Made by a program: the position numbers and the translations under genes. A stretch of 64,000 nucleotides of DNA, from IMG/VR virus record IMGVR_UViG_3300003319_000181, one strand, 5' to 3'. The notes under the pieces were generated by a model. That model saw nothing but the letters and a program-made list of their open reading frames with translations. It ran no database searches and was not told the origin of the DNA. Of the stretch, positions 35,914 through 45,540 are shown piece by piece. Within the stretch, counting starts at the first letter, position 1, and the number at the start of each line of letters is the position of its first letter. Origin of the DNA: an uncultured virus (IMG/VR IMGVR_UViG_3300003319_000181). Lineage: Duplodnaviria > Heunggongvirae > Uroviricota > Caudoviricetes.

Positions 35914-38900
35914 TACCTTCTTGTCCCTTCTCTTCCCGTCTGAGTCGTCGTCTGTAAGGGGTCTAGCGCTCTCAGGAGCCTGCGCCCGAGACCGCCCTTA
36001 CCCCGCTTCCCACCCAGAGGGTTCTCCTGCTCCTTCAACTGTTCCCGCCAAAGGGGGACGCGTCTTTGCATAGATTGAACGAACCCTCTGGCCTGTCTCT
36101 GCTTCGGGTCAAGCACCTCCCCCGCCTCGTTCACCGCAGCAGACAAGGGGACGTAGCCCGAGAGGAATTCCCCCGCCCTCTGCCCCAACGACTTGTCGGA
36201 CTCGGCATCGGCAGCGAAACGGAGAAGCGGTTGGTCTGCCACCGCCCCGAACAGCGCCTTACCCGCGCGAGTAGCCCTCACATCCAGAGCGCGCCCCTCT
36301 TTCCTCGCCTCTTCAGGCACAAAGCGTGTAGCCTGCTCGTAGATGGTCGCACCGAGCTTGAGGACGTTGCCCAGCGGATTGCCCGAAACTACTATGCGAG
36401 TATTGCCAATCTTGAGCGAACCGGGGAGGATGCCCAGACGCCTCCGCTCGGAATAGGTCTTCTGGTCGTCCTTGTAATCCGTATCGCCCGCTAACAAGCC
36501 TTTCGAGGCGAGGACGGCCCCAAGCATCAACACGCCCGTCCCCAGCGTCCCACGCCCGAAGGTCTGCGCGAACTGTTTCTGCTCGGCCTCCGACATGAAG
36601 GAGGTGAGATTCTGCGCCGCGCGCCTCCTTGCCCGCCCGTACTGAATCCCGGCCTTAGCCAGTCCAGCGGGTGAGTAGTCAAGCACGCGAAGCATGATGT
36701 TCGTGGGTGTTTTGTCGAAGGGCACAAGTTGCTCAAATGCAAACTTGCCCACCTCACTCTTGTTCTTCAGTTTGGAGATTGTGTCGGAGATAGCATTCTC
36801 ATTCTGGAAGGTAGCAAACTCCGCGTAAGCAACGGCTTCGGCCTGCATCTCAGCAGTTGGATTCTCAAGCAACTCCTTTTGACGCGCGGAGATATTAACA
36901 CTCCGGTCGGTGCGCTTCTCGTTCATCGCCTGCACTCTGGCCTGCTCTTCCAGAGAACGGCGAACGGCGTAGGTCTTAAACACATGGTCTTCCGCTCCGA
37001 GCGTGCGGAACGAGTGGTTGATATACGCGTCAAGGATGGGGAAGCGAGTCTGAATCTCTTCCAGCTGCAACTTCGCGCCTTCGGGGTTGCCGTGACGAAT
37101 GATGTTCCACGCCTCGGGGATACCTTTGACGACTGCCGCTTTTGAGGCGCGGGCGACAGAAGCAATAGAGGGGCCCGCGACAGTCCTCCGACCGGTCTTA
37201 CGGCTAATGAGGGCATCGGCGAGAACGGCAAAAGGTTTAGATGCCTCTTCGCTACCCTGAAAGGCGACATTGGAGATGATATTGCGACCGTGCGTCTTCG
37301 GTGAAGAGAGAAGATTTGCTCGACGGAAGGCCGTCAGGACGCGGTGCCACGGGGTATTCTGACGCGGGCCTTCCAGTGGGCCGATACCCTCGTCAAGAGA
37401 AGGGCCTTCGGGCGTCCCGAAACCTTCGGAAAGCTTCGGCCCCTGCGCGCGGCCTGTGCCCTCACCGAGACGAGGCCCCTCAATGCGAGCGGGGCGCATA
37501 GCAGGGCCAAGCTTCGGTGCATCCGTGAGTTTCGGCCCCTGCACAGGTTGGGAGCGACGAAGAGTCTCCAACTCCTTCCGCAACTCGTCGCGCTTCGCCC
37601 TCAGCGCCGCAACGTCCTCGGAGACGGGCTGTGCGCCCCGCCTCTTCGTCGAAAGGTCGCCCTCAGCTATCCGGCGCTCATAGTCAGCGATGCTTGATTC
37701 AAGACGTTTGCGGTAGGCATCAGCCCCTTTACGTGCAGCCTCTCTCGCCCTCTGTGCTATGGGCGACGGGACGGGGTTGGCGGACTGGTAGAGAGTATCG
37801 CCCTGTTTGGGGGAGCCCTGCGGCGTTATCTTGGGGGGCTCCAGCACTCCGGTAAAAGGGTGAGTGTCCCAGCCTTCATCGTAGAGCTTTTGCAGCCGCC
37901 GCCCCTTCGCCTCGGACATGATGTAGGCGTCCTCACGGCTGCTGTAACGTCCGCCCACGGCCTCCGCAAGCCGCCCGGCTCGCCCCTTGTATTCACCCTG
38001 TCGAGTGGGGCGCACGGCCACGCTGCCCTTGGCATAGCGAGCCTTTGAGATACGAAAGGCAGGGCTTACATCACCTTCTCCGACTCGTCCTGTATCCCCT
38101 GTTCTTTGTACCGCGCCGCTTGGGCCGCCCTGCGCGCCCGCTCCGCGATCATTCTTTGCTGCTCGGTAGGCGCTGGCGTCTTCAATGACTCCACGGATTT
38201 CTGTCGGGTGGAGTCCGGCGGCCGTTGCTTCTCTGGTGAATCTTCCTTCATCAATACGTCCCTCATAGAAGTCTTCAAGGAGTTTCACGTTCGAGTCTAT
38301 CAGGTTGTCGATTGGCGCGGGAGCCTCTTCTACGGTGGGAGTTACTTCACCGTTTGTTTGATACTTCGCTATCGCGGCATCCATCGCCGTCCGCGCATCA
38401 CCTTGTAGATGCTTCAAGTCCGCCCACTTCGTTAAATCTTCAGGGGTGATATGCGAAGAGCGGGGCTTGCCCACGGCTCCCGCGAGCGCCCACCTGACAT
38501 CGTCCGCCGACGCGTCAGCCTTCAGGCCCAGCGCCGGCTTGACTTGCGGGCTGTTTACGAAGTCGGACTTGTAGAGTTCGTTGACGAGCTTGCCGTGCTC
38601 GCCCTTCGGTGCGGCGTCAAGCATCCGGTCGAAGACGGCCGTCAACTTTTCGTTGGGCTTGAACTTGAGCGGATGGTCTTTGCCGCGTATGGCCCCGTAG
38701 ATTTCAGTGAGCCACTGCTTGGCAGACTCGAAGACGCGGCGTAGCTTTTCGGACGGGCTGACTCCGGTCTTCAGGTAGCGCTCAAAGCCTCTGGCAAATG
38801 ACTCTTCGTGTGTGTTCTCCCAAACACCATTCTTGACACCTAAAGCCTCTTCGGCGTCCCTCAACAGTTCGGGGCTCAAGTCTCTGCGGAAGACGTGGGC

Positions 38901-41900
38901 CATCTCGTGCCATGCGGAAGAGATGTCGGGCTTACTCAAGCCTCTGAGGATGGCGCGGTTGTCGCGCAGGAACTCTACCGCGGCCTTGTTCTGCTGGCGG
39001 AGGATGTCAGGTGATTGCGCCGCACTCGTCGGCGCGTCAGTCGGTTTTGATGCGTATTTCGCCTGAAGGTCAGGGTAGTCAGCTATAACTTCCGCCGCGA
39101 CAGGGCGACCTTCTTTCAGCGCCTTCTCCACATAGAAGCGATGTGCGTCGCGGGCTAAATCCTCGCCGCCGGCGTCGTGGAATTTCTCCCACTTCCCGAT
39201 GGGCTTGATGAGGGGTTCGCCGTCACTCCCCGTGCCGATAATGCGCCCGCGCCCTGTATACCAGTCCGCCTCTTTCAGGCCAGCGAACGAATACGGATTC
39301 GGGAGCGGGTAAACAGAGACGCCGGACAGTTCTAAGTTATCCCGGTAATCACGGCTGCGCCCCGACTTCGGCAGCGCGCCTGCTCGATAGAAGTAACCCT
39401 CGTCGCCTGCCTTCCAGTTGGTCTCGCGCGGGTCTTGGTTTTCGGTGATGTGCGCAGGCTCGTCCCATCCGCGCTTCGGATTGCGAATCACGCGCGCTTG
39501 AGTGGGCCTGAAGTCTACTAGTGGCACTTCATGTGGAGGTGTTGATATTGCTCGGCGGCCTGATGTCTCATTTGGCCCGTTCGCCGCCCCCTCTTCCTGT
39601 CCAGACACCTCGGGCCGGTCGGAGGACATACGCGGCATTCTACCACCGCCCTGATTCAACGACCCCGGCCCCGCTTCCCCTCCCCTCCCGAACCCCGCGA
39701 ATCTTGACGGCACATACTCTGCCGGACTCCTTCCATGTTCCTTAGCCCATGCCCTTGCTCTCGCTTCAACAGTTAGTAGCGCCGCATCGGCCTGTGCATC
39801 TGAAAGAGTCGGGATAGCGTGCCGCAGTCCTGAGCGGAACGATTCACGGCCTATACTTCCCCACGGGTCTGCCGAGTCACCCGAGCCATCGTGACGAAGG
39901 AGTCTGACGGAAGGGTCGAAGAGTTTGGCGGCGTCGGAGGGGTGAAGCTGGTCGGCTACTTCTCCTTGAGAGGGGGCGGGGGGCAGCGCTTCCGGCGTCG
40001 ATACTCCCGTCCGTACTTCCGACGCAACGCTTTCGGCAGATGTCGGTGTCGATTCTTCGGAGTGCGGACGTATTTGACGGGGTAGTAACTTTGGCTCCGA
40101 AATAGCCGTTCCGCCTCGGGACTCAGTTGCCACATTATTCGCATCTTTTGCCTTCGCTTTTTGCGGGCGTCGAATCATGGAGTCCGAAATAGAGTAGTCC
40201 TTATTGCGCCCTTTGTTCTCCACGAAGCCGAAGCGTTTATAAAAGTCAATAAGGCGCGAATGGGAGATTGCATTGTCGCCATAATCCCCCTTGCGCGCGG
40301 GTGTTACCGTGACAGTCTTACCATTATCATCTGCATATCTCACAAGGTCACGCATAAATGCCGTGCCTGCGCCTCGGTTACGCTCATCCATTGGGAGTCG
40401 AATATCCCGAAGCTCAACCTTCCCGTGCGCTTCCGTAAGAGTAAAGGTAACGTTGGGGTGTTGCGCGGAAAGGCTTTGCTTCAAGCCTTCAAAGTTGGGG
40501 TATCTCGCTTCATACGCGCGGCGCAACTGCGTTCCTTCAGGTGTCATCATGCCCCACTTGAGAGTTGCGTTCGGATTTTGCTCTTGGAGTTCTCTTACTA
40601 ACTTGGAGCCAATCCCCTGTCGCCTTGCTTCGGGTGCAGCCTCTACAATGTCAATATGGGCATCGCCGCGAAATAGCGAATACTTGAGTCTGCCAACGAT
40701 TCTCCCATCTTCAGCCTGAGCCGTTATCCATCCATCAACCTGCCCGTGATGCGCGCCTACCACTTCATCACGAAGTTGAACCTTTAAGGGTGATGCGCCC
40801 TGAGATTCACCCACTTCAGATGTGCCGCGTAAAGGCTCTGCTCCTCCTGCGACAATTCTTGAGGCTGTACCCCTATCCGCCTCTCCAGGCGGTAACACAA
40901 CTCCGCCCCTGCCGCCTGCGCTTGCCTCATCTGGTTCCGCGTTCCGTGTGCGCGCCTCGTCAGGATTAATAACTGCTCCTCTGACTTCTTCCACATCTCC
41001 CGTGCCACTTCGTCCGGTTCCCGCATCTACCCCCTCCGGTATCTGTGGCGGCCCGTCGAAGTGTCCCGCCTCATCTCGTGGTTGAAAGTGTGAGTGATGA
41101 GGCGTCTCTGATTCCAAGGTCGCCTCTGTTCCAGCATACTTCGCCGCGAGGTCGGGAAATCGCTCGGCATAATAACCACGCCAGAGGTCGTTAGCCGAAG
41201 CCCACGCGGGGCTCGACGGGTCGATTTGAGCCGACGGGTCGAGCACGAGGTCGGCCACGCCTCGGTGAAAGCGCTCCTGTGCCGCGTCCGACTCGTCGGC
41301 CTCGTCGGACTGCAGCGCCCGAAGCGCCTCTACGGCCTCAACGTGGCGAGGGTCTCTCCGGCGCTCGGCCTCAGCCGGATTGACGATGTCGGCGAGTCGC
41401 ACCCAGCGCTCTTCGCCCTGCGGCGTGATGCCCAGCAGATATTCGTCGGGGTCTCTTTCGCGAGCCTGCTCCGGGGTGAGCTCGTAGGGCGTGACCCTCA
41501 CACCGTCCATGAGCGGGACGGTGTGAGAGGGGTCGTATTTAGCGCGACCGAAGCGGCGCGGCTGGCGCTTGACGAGCACGTTCCCATCGGCGTCAAACGC
41601 GGTCGTCGCCTCTGCCGACAGGGTCGCTGCCGGGCTACCGTCACGGGCCCCGATAACCTCTCCATCCCTGACGACACGGGGACGATGAAACCCCTCGTTG
41701 ACCGGAATATCAGGCAAGGACTCAAGTGTTGATTCAGGAACAGTTCTGCGAGTTAGGTCTCCTAGTACACGGGTATCGCCTTCTGGCTTGATGGCCTCAC
41801 TCAGTCTCGCCTGCTCACCTTCGGGCTTACCGCCCATCGCCAGTCCGAGCAGAGCACCTCCCGCCCCTCTGGCGACAACAGTCGGCCACGGCGTCTGCTG

Positions 41901-43970
41901 CGGGTCACGGTAATGCTCAAGCGTCGCCTGCCCCACATCAAGCCCCGCCTGAGCGATAGTTCCCGGTGCGGCGGCGCGCAGATACTCCCCCACCCCACGT
42001 CCCGTGGGCTTTCCCAGTGTCCCTTCAAGCAGGAGGCCCGAGCCGAACGCCGTGATTGCGTTCTGCGCCCTCACCGCTGGCGGTTTGTCGGCATCTCGCA
42101 CCAGAGATTCACCGGCCATTATGGCCGGTAAGGGCAACCCCGTCACGCGTCTCGTCAACACTAACTGAGCAATCGACAGCCCCGCTCCAGTGGCATATCT
42201 GACCGCCTCGGGGCCGTATTCCATCTCTTCCCCTTCAGGACGCATCTGCGACTTGGCCTGCGTGACGGCACCACGGCGTTGCAGGTACGCGCCCACGTCT
42301 CTCACGGCATCTACTCCCAGTTCCCGCCCGAGCACGTTGACGACGTTACCGGCCATCGCACCCAAGTTCGCCGAGAAGCCCTCAAAGGGTTGCGCGAACG
42401 CCCGCTTGTACTGGCCGCCGTACTCACCCCGATTGATGGATGCCTGTGTCGCTTCCAGTTCCGCCTTGTCTTCCGGCTTCAATTCAACCGGGTCGGCCTT
42501 GACGTGTGAGTAAAGTTCACCCGCCACGCCCGCGAGGTGTTCGCCCGGCGTGTAGTTCGTGAACGCCTCAGAGACGTTACGGGCAGCGCGCGATGGTAGA
42601 AATAAACTCGCCTTGTAATCGGATCGCAGTCTGCCGACCGCCTCTGCGGGCAGCAGGACGAAACCCGCTGAAGTGGAGGATAGGGGCTTGCCCTCCGCAT
42701 CGTACAGACCCGCGCCCCGCCTTGCGAGCCAGTCGGCGACGAAGGGCTCGGGGATGTCGGCAGCTTGAGAGAGGTGTACGGCCATGGCCTTTGCCGCGTC
42801 TTCGGGGTTGTGCGCGTCGCCGATGGGGATGCGATAAGTTCCGCCCTTCGCTTCAGCCTCTATCTTGAGGTCGCGCAGGCGACGGCCCTCCACGGTATAG
42901 AGAGATGGACTTTGCCGTGCCTGCGGTCGCACATCGGCAAAGTCTTCCGCGCGCTCCCCTTCTTCGGATACGTAGCCGGTCGGCGGCGCGTACATCTCAG
43001 CCTGTTGTTGGTGTAACCGTTCGGCATAAGTCGTGGCTGCTTCAGGTGAATCGAACATGCCCAGATGCTTGCCCGTTCGCTTAAAAAGGTCTACCGCCTG
43101 TCGATCAGTCAGCACCTTTCCATCATCGCTAACAGTCGGTATCAGCACCTCACGACCATCTATGTTGACAGAGATGGAACGGATGGTGCTGATTGAGCCA
43201 TCGGGATTCTTCACCACGGGGCGTTTTGTCAGGTCGATGTTCCCGGCAACTACCGGCTGCACGCGTGAGCGCATCCGTGCCACCCCAAAGTCCGGTACAG
43301 GCATGTTCCGCTCTCGGTTAGGAGGCGTCTGGGTAAGCAGGGACTGCGCCGAGGAGGGAGAGGTCTGTGGCGTTGCCTGTGGAGGGGCCGCTTCACTCTG
43401 AGAGGGTGGTATTGAGGTAGGGGATTCATCCCAGTCGTTATCCGGGCCATCGTAGTCGGCCCACTTTGAGAGGACGCCCGTGACGTATTGACTCGTGCGC
43501 GTACCGTCCGTGTCGGCCTTGTCTCGCCTGAAGACGTGGCCGGGCTTTGCCCCCATGTTGCCCGGCCCTGAGAAGTAACCTCCAACCGCTTTGGCCCACG
43601 CCTCCGCGTCGTCGGCACTCTGCGGTCGAGCCTTGTCGTAGAGGCTTCTCAGGTAATGAACACTGCCGACGACGTTTTCAACCGGGTCGCGGGGGTTGAC
43701 GCCTACCTGCCGTGCCGTTGCGGGCATCAACTGCCCCGGCCCTTGCGCCCCGGCCGAGGAATCACGCACGTTCGGATTCTTGCTCGACTCCTGCGTGAAG
43801 AGGCTGTGGCGCAGACCTTTGGGTACTCGATATTCACGCCCGACGAAGTCAACGAGTTCGTCGAACGTCATCTCACGCTCAGGCTGTGGCCTAAGTTGTT
43901 CGGCGGGCGTGGACAAAGAAAAGGTGCCTCTGGGTCGAAACAGTCTTCGTCCCAAAAGCACCAAAATCAA
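35913..43970 (-). CDS. Giant polyvalent internal virion/ejection protein: lytic transglycosylase + 2 GNAT + HExxH metallopeptidase-like domains (start may be 43871)
   Basis: QESS..GAQGPGQLMPATA (SLT); RRQGIGSKL and RNRGAGTAFM..FYKRFGF (GNATs); WHEMAHVF..HEESFARGFERY. Confidence 0.85.
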   Translation of the reverse strand: MILVLLGRRLFRPRGTFSLSTPAEQLRPQPEREMTFDELVDFVGREYRVPKGLRHSLFTQESSKNPNVRDSSAGAQGPGQLMPATARQVGVNPRDPVENVVGSVHYLRSLYDKARPQSADDAEAWAKAVGGYFSGPGNMGAKPGHVFRRDKADTDGTRTSQYVTGVLSKWADYDGPDNDWDESPTSIPPSQSEAAPPQATPQTSPSSAQSLLTQTPPNRERNMPVPDFGVARMRSRVQPVVAGNIDLTKRPVVKNPDGSISTIRSISVNIDGREVLIPTVSDDGKVLTDRQAVDLFKRTGKHLGMFDSPEAATTYAERLHQQQAEMYAPPTGYVSEEGERAEDFADVRPQARQSPSLYTVEGRRLRDLKIEAEAKGGTYRIPIGDAHNPEDAAKAMAVHLSQAADIPEPFVADWLARRGAGLYDAEGKPLSSTSAGFVLLPAEAVGRLRSDYKASLFLPSRAARNVSEAFTNYTPGEHLAGVAGELYSHVKADPVELKPEDKAELEATQASINRGEYGGQYKRAFAQPFEGFSANLGAMAGNVVNVLGRELGVDAVRDVGAYLQRRGAVTQAKSQMRPEGEEMEYGPEAVRYATGAGLSIAQLVLTRRVTGLPLPAIMAGESLVRDADKPPAVRAQNAITAFGSGLLLEGTLGKPTGRGVGEYLRAAAPGTIAQAGLDVGQATLEHYRDPQQTPWPTVVARGAGGALLGLAMGGKPEGEQARLSEAIKPEGDTRVLGDLTRRTVPESTLESLPDIPVNEGFHRPRVVRDGEVIGARDGSPAATLSAEATTAFDADGNVLVKRQPRRFGRAKYDPSHTVPLMDGVRVTPYELTPEQARERDPDEYLLGITPQGEERWVRLADIVNPAEAERRRDPRHVEAVEALRALQSDEADESDAAQERFHRGVADLVLDPSAQIDPSSPAWASANDLWRGYYAERFPDLAAKYAGTEATLESETPHHSHFQPRDEAGHFDGPPQIPEGVDAGTGRSGTGDVEEVRGAVINPDEARTRNAEPDEASAGGRGGVVLPPGEADRGTASRIVAGGAEPLRGTSEVGESQGASPLKVQLRDEVVGAHHGQVDGWITAQAEDGRIVGRLKYSLFRGDAHIDIVEAAPEARRQGIGSKLVRELQEQNPNATLKWGMMTPEGTQLRRAYEARYPNFEGLKQSLSAQHPNVTFTLTEAHGKVELRDIRLPMDERNRGAGTAFMRDLVRYADDNGKTVTVTPARKGDYGDNAISHSRLIDFYKRFGFVENKGRNKDYSISDSMIRRPQKAKAKDANNVATESRGGTAISEPKLLPRQIRPHSEESTPTSAESVASEVRTGVSTPEALPPAPSQGEVADQLHPSDAAKLFDPSVRLLRHDGSGDSADPWGSIGRESFRSGLRHAIPTLSDAQADAALLTVEARARAWAKEHGRSPAEYVPSRFAGFGRGGEAGPGSLNQGGGRMPRMSSDRPEVSGQEEGAANGPNETSGRRAISTPPHEVPLVDFRPTQARVIRNPKRGWDEPAHITENQDPRETNWKAGDEGYFYRAGALPKSGRSRDYRDNLELSGVSVYPLPNPYSFAGLKEADWYTGRGRIIGTGSDGEPLIKPIGKWEKFHDAGGEDLARDAHRFYVEKALKEGRPVAAEVIADYPDLQAKYASKPTDAPTSAAQSPDILRQQNKAAVEFLRDNRAILRGLSKPDISSAWHEMAHVFRRDLSPELLRDAEEALGVKNGVWENTHEESFARGFERYLKTGVSPSEKLRRVFESAKQWLTEIYGAIRGKDHPLKFKPNEKLTAVFDRMLDAAPKGEHGKLVNELYKSDFVNSPQVKPALGLKADASADDVRWALAGAVGKPRSSHITPEDLTKWADLKHLQGDARTAMDAAIAKYQTNGEVTPTVEEAPAPIDNLIDSNVKLLEDFYEGRIDEGRFTREATAAGLHPTEIRGVIEDASAYRAAKNDRGAGAQGGPSGAVQRTGDTGRVGEGDVSPAFRISKARYAKGSVAVRPTRQGEYKGRAGRLAEAVGGRYSSREDAYIMSEAKGRRLQKLYDEGWDTHPFTGVLEPPKITPQGSPKQGDTLYQSANPVPSPIAQRAREAARKGADAYRKRLESSIADYERRIAEGDLSTKRRGAQPVSEDVAALRAKRDELRKELETLRRSQPVQGPKLTDAPKLGPAMRPARIEGPRLGEGTGRAQGPKLSEGFGTPEGPSLDEGIGPLEGPRQNTPWHRVLTAFRRANLLSSPKTHGRNIISNVAFQGSEEASKPFAVLADALISRKTGRRTVAGPSIASVARASKAAVVKGIPEAWNIIRHGNPEGAKLQLEEIQTRFPILDAYINHSFRTLGAEDHVFKTYAVRRSLEEQARVQAMNEKRTDRSVNISARQKELLENPTAEMQAEAVAYAEFATFQNENAISDTISKLKNKSEVGKFAFEQLVPFDKTPTNIMLRVLDYSPAGLAKAGIQYGRARRRAAQNLTSFMSEAEQKQFAQTFGRGTLGTGVLMLGAVLASKGLLAGDTDYKDDQKTYSERRRLGILPGSLKIGNTRIVVSGNPLGNVLKLGATIYEQATRFVPEEARKEGRALDVRATRAGKALFGAVADQPLLRFAADAESDKSLGQRAGEFLSGYVPLSAAVNEAGEVLDPKQRQARGFVQSMQRRVPLWREQLKEQENPLGGKRGKGGLGRRLLRALDPLQTTTQTGREGTRR

Positions 43971-43988
43971 TATAGCACAGGCGGCGGA

Positions 43989-44204
43989 TTATGTGGCGCT
44001 TTTCTTTCGCGCCTTCGGCGGCCTCCCCGGCTTACCTTCCTTGTACTCCTCAACCTCTTTCCGATACACGAACAGCGTCCCGCCTATTTCTACAGTCCGC
44101 AACTTTCCCTTAGTGACGAGCTTGTGAATAGCGGGGCGCGACACGCCGCGAATCCGCGCCGCCTCTGCCTGTGTGATTAAGTCGCCCACTTCTTTCTTGA
44201 CCAT
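43989..44204 (-). CDS. Excisionase-like HTH DNA-binding protein
   Basis: LITQAEAARIRGVSRPAIHKLVTKGKL; C-terminal GRP AT-hook-like tail. Confidence 0.85.
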   Translation of the reverse strand: MVKKEVGDLITQAEAARIRGVSRPAIHKLVTKGKLRTVEIGGTLFVYRKEVEEYKEGKPGRPPKARKKSAT

Positions 44205-44272
44205 GCCTTGTCAGACCGCGCCTCGCCCCACCGTGCCACACCCTACCTGTCCAGCCAATACCTCACCACGCC
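44203..44272 (-). ncRNA. GGY-NN pentamer array (candidate guide RNA) in the leader of the HTH gene
   Basis: 14 phased pentamers: ggcgt ggtga ggtat tggct ggaca ggtag ggtgt ggcac ggtgg ggcga ggcgc ggtct gacaa ggcat. Confidence 0.75.
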
Positions 44273-44282
44273 CAGAAAAGGG

Positions 44283-44340
44283 TTTACACGACAAACCGTT
44301 TCACGTATAATAGGTTAACACTCAGAACGGATTTGAGCAA
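44283..44340. promoter_or_regulatory. Overlapping sigma70-like promoters for the two oppositely oriented units
   Basis: + strand TTTACA-17bp-TATAAT (44283-44311); minus strand TTGCTC-17bp-TAACCT starting at 44340. Confidence 0.65.
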
Positions 44341-44368
44341 TAGGCTTCCGAGTGTTTTGCCTTAACTC

Positions 44369-44449
44369 GGCTCGGCTTGGCGGGGAATGGCAGGAGCTTG
44401 GTCGGCCAGCGCCGGGCGTGGTTAGACTTGGCTAGGTCTGGTTAGGACA
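44369..44449 (+). ncRNA. GGY-NN pentamer array upstream of the Cas7/RAMP-like gene
   Basis: ggctc ggctt ggcgg ggaat ggcagg, then agctt ggtcg gccag cgccg ggcgt ggtta gactt ggcta ggtct ggtta ggaca. Confidence 0.7.
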
Positions 44450-44465
44450 ACGCAAAGGAGAAAGA

Positions 44466-45083
44466 ATGAGCAACATCGTCAAAGCGAAAGTCACCATCAA
44501 GGGCGTGCGTCCTTTGCTGCAACACTGTTTCGGGCCGGACGCGCTCCCGCTTGAAAAGCAGGAGAAGGACGGCGTGGCGGGCAACTCTCCTAATGAGTGG
44601 CGCAAGACAGCGCTCGTCACGAAAGACGGCCAGCTTTACCTTGAGCCGTCCTACGCCTTCGCCACGATCCGCGACGCGGCGAAGCACACGAAGAAGGGTA
44701 AGGGCAGCATTCAGAGCGCGGTCGCGGCGACGCTTCAGGTAGTGGACGACAGGATTCTGCTCGACCGCTACATGCCAGGCTTCCCGAACGGGCACGCCTG
44801 CGACGTGAAGACGGTTGAGCCGCCGCCGACCGACCCCGACGCGCCCGTGTACTTGGACGTGCGGAGCGTCAGGAACCCGAGCACGAAGGCGCGCAACGTC
44901 CGGTACAGGGTCGCGGCGTCGCCGGGGTGGTCAACGTCCTTCACTATCCTGTGGGATAAGACCATCGTGGACAGGAACCAGATGCGCGCTGTCCTGAACG
45001 ACGCGGGCACGCTGGTAGGCATCGCGGACGGGCGCAGCATCGGCTTCGGGCGCTTCACCGTCGAGAGCTTTGAAGAGGTTTAA
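44466..45083 (+). CDS. Stand-alone Cas7/RAMP-like RNA-binding protein (Vipr-like)
   Basis: N-terminal beta strand VTIKGVRPLLQH, LYLEP, RYR..W.TSFTI, C-terminal Gly-rich loop AGTLVGIADGRSIGFGRF; AAGGAG RBS. Confidence 0.75.
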   Translation: MSNIVKAKVTIKGVRPLLQHCFGPDALPLEKQEKDGVAGNSPNEWRKTALVTKDGQLYLEPSYAFATIRDAAKHTKKGKGSIQSAVAATLQVVDDRILLDRYMPGFPNGHACDVKTVEPPPTDPDAPVYLDVRSVRNPSTKARNVRYRVAASPGWSTSFTILWDKTIVDRNQMRAVLNDAGTLVGIADGRSIGFGRFTVESFEEV

Positions 45084-45086
45084 CGT

Positions 45087-45156
45087 GGCGAGGCAGGGTG
45101 CGGTAAGGGGGTCGGGCGGGGCACGGCGTGGTTAGGACGGGTGAGGCTAGGCAAGG
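45087..45156 (+). ncRNA. GGY-NN pentamer array between the RAMP-like gene and the HNH gene
   Basis: ggcga ggcag ggtgc ggtaagg g ggtcg ggcgg ggcac ggcgt ggtta ggacg ggtga ggcta ggcaagg. Confidence 0.8.
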
Positions 45157-45453
45157 ATGCCAAAGAAACGACAGCCTAAAGAAATCTGGCAGGAGACGCG
45201 CAGGCGAATCTACGAACGCGATGGGGGCTTGTGTCAGTACCCGCACGGCAAGCACCCCGTCGCGTTGGATGAGTGCCACATAGATCACATCAGGAGCGGG
45301 AAACTCGGAAGCAACGCTGACTCTAACTTACGAACCCTGTGCCGGACGCACCACGTACTACGCGTGGACTTCCGGCATCGCGGGATGATCGCCAGCGCGT
45401 TAAAGGCTGGCATCATACCTCCCAACTGGCGCGAGTTGGTTTGGGAGGATTAA
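45157..45453 (+). CDS. HNH endonuclease
   Basis: RRRIYERDGGLCQ..CHIDHI..GSNADSNLRTLCRTHH. Confidence 0.9.
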   Translation: MPKKRQPKEIWQETRRRIYERDGGLCQYPHGKHPVALDECHIDHIRSGKLGSNADSNLRTLCRTHHVLRVDFRHRGMIASALKAGIIPPNWRELVWED

Positions 45454-45458
45454 CACGC

Positions 45459-45535
45459 GGCACGGCCCCGTTCGGCAAGGCGTGGTCAAGAAGGGCGTGG
45501 CATGGCGAGGTCGGGAATGACCGGGTAAGGCAAGG
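45459..45535 (+). ncRNA. GGY-NN pentamer array downstream of the HNH gene
   Basis: 15 phased pentamers: ggcac ggccc cgttc ggcaa ggcgt ggtca agaag ggcgt ggcat ggcga ggtcg ggaat gaccg ggtaa ggcaa, then gg. Confidence 0.8.
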
Positions 45536-45540
45536 TTGAA

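Noticed and set aside
44203..45535. Canonical CRISPR array or simple microsatellite
   Set aside because: No 25-45-nt repeats with spacers and no cas1/cas2; variation is concentrated in two of every five positions, unlike slippage repeats
45339..45539. 66-aa ORF spanning the third array
   Set aside because: Overlaps the HNH gene out of frame and simply translates the repeat
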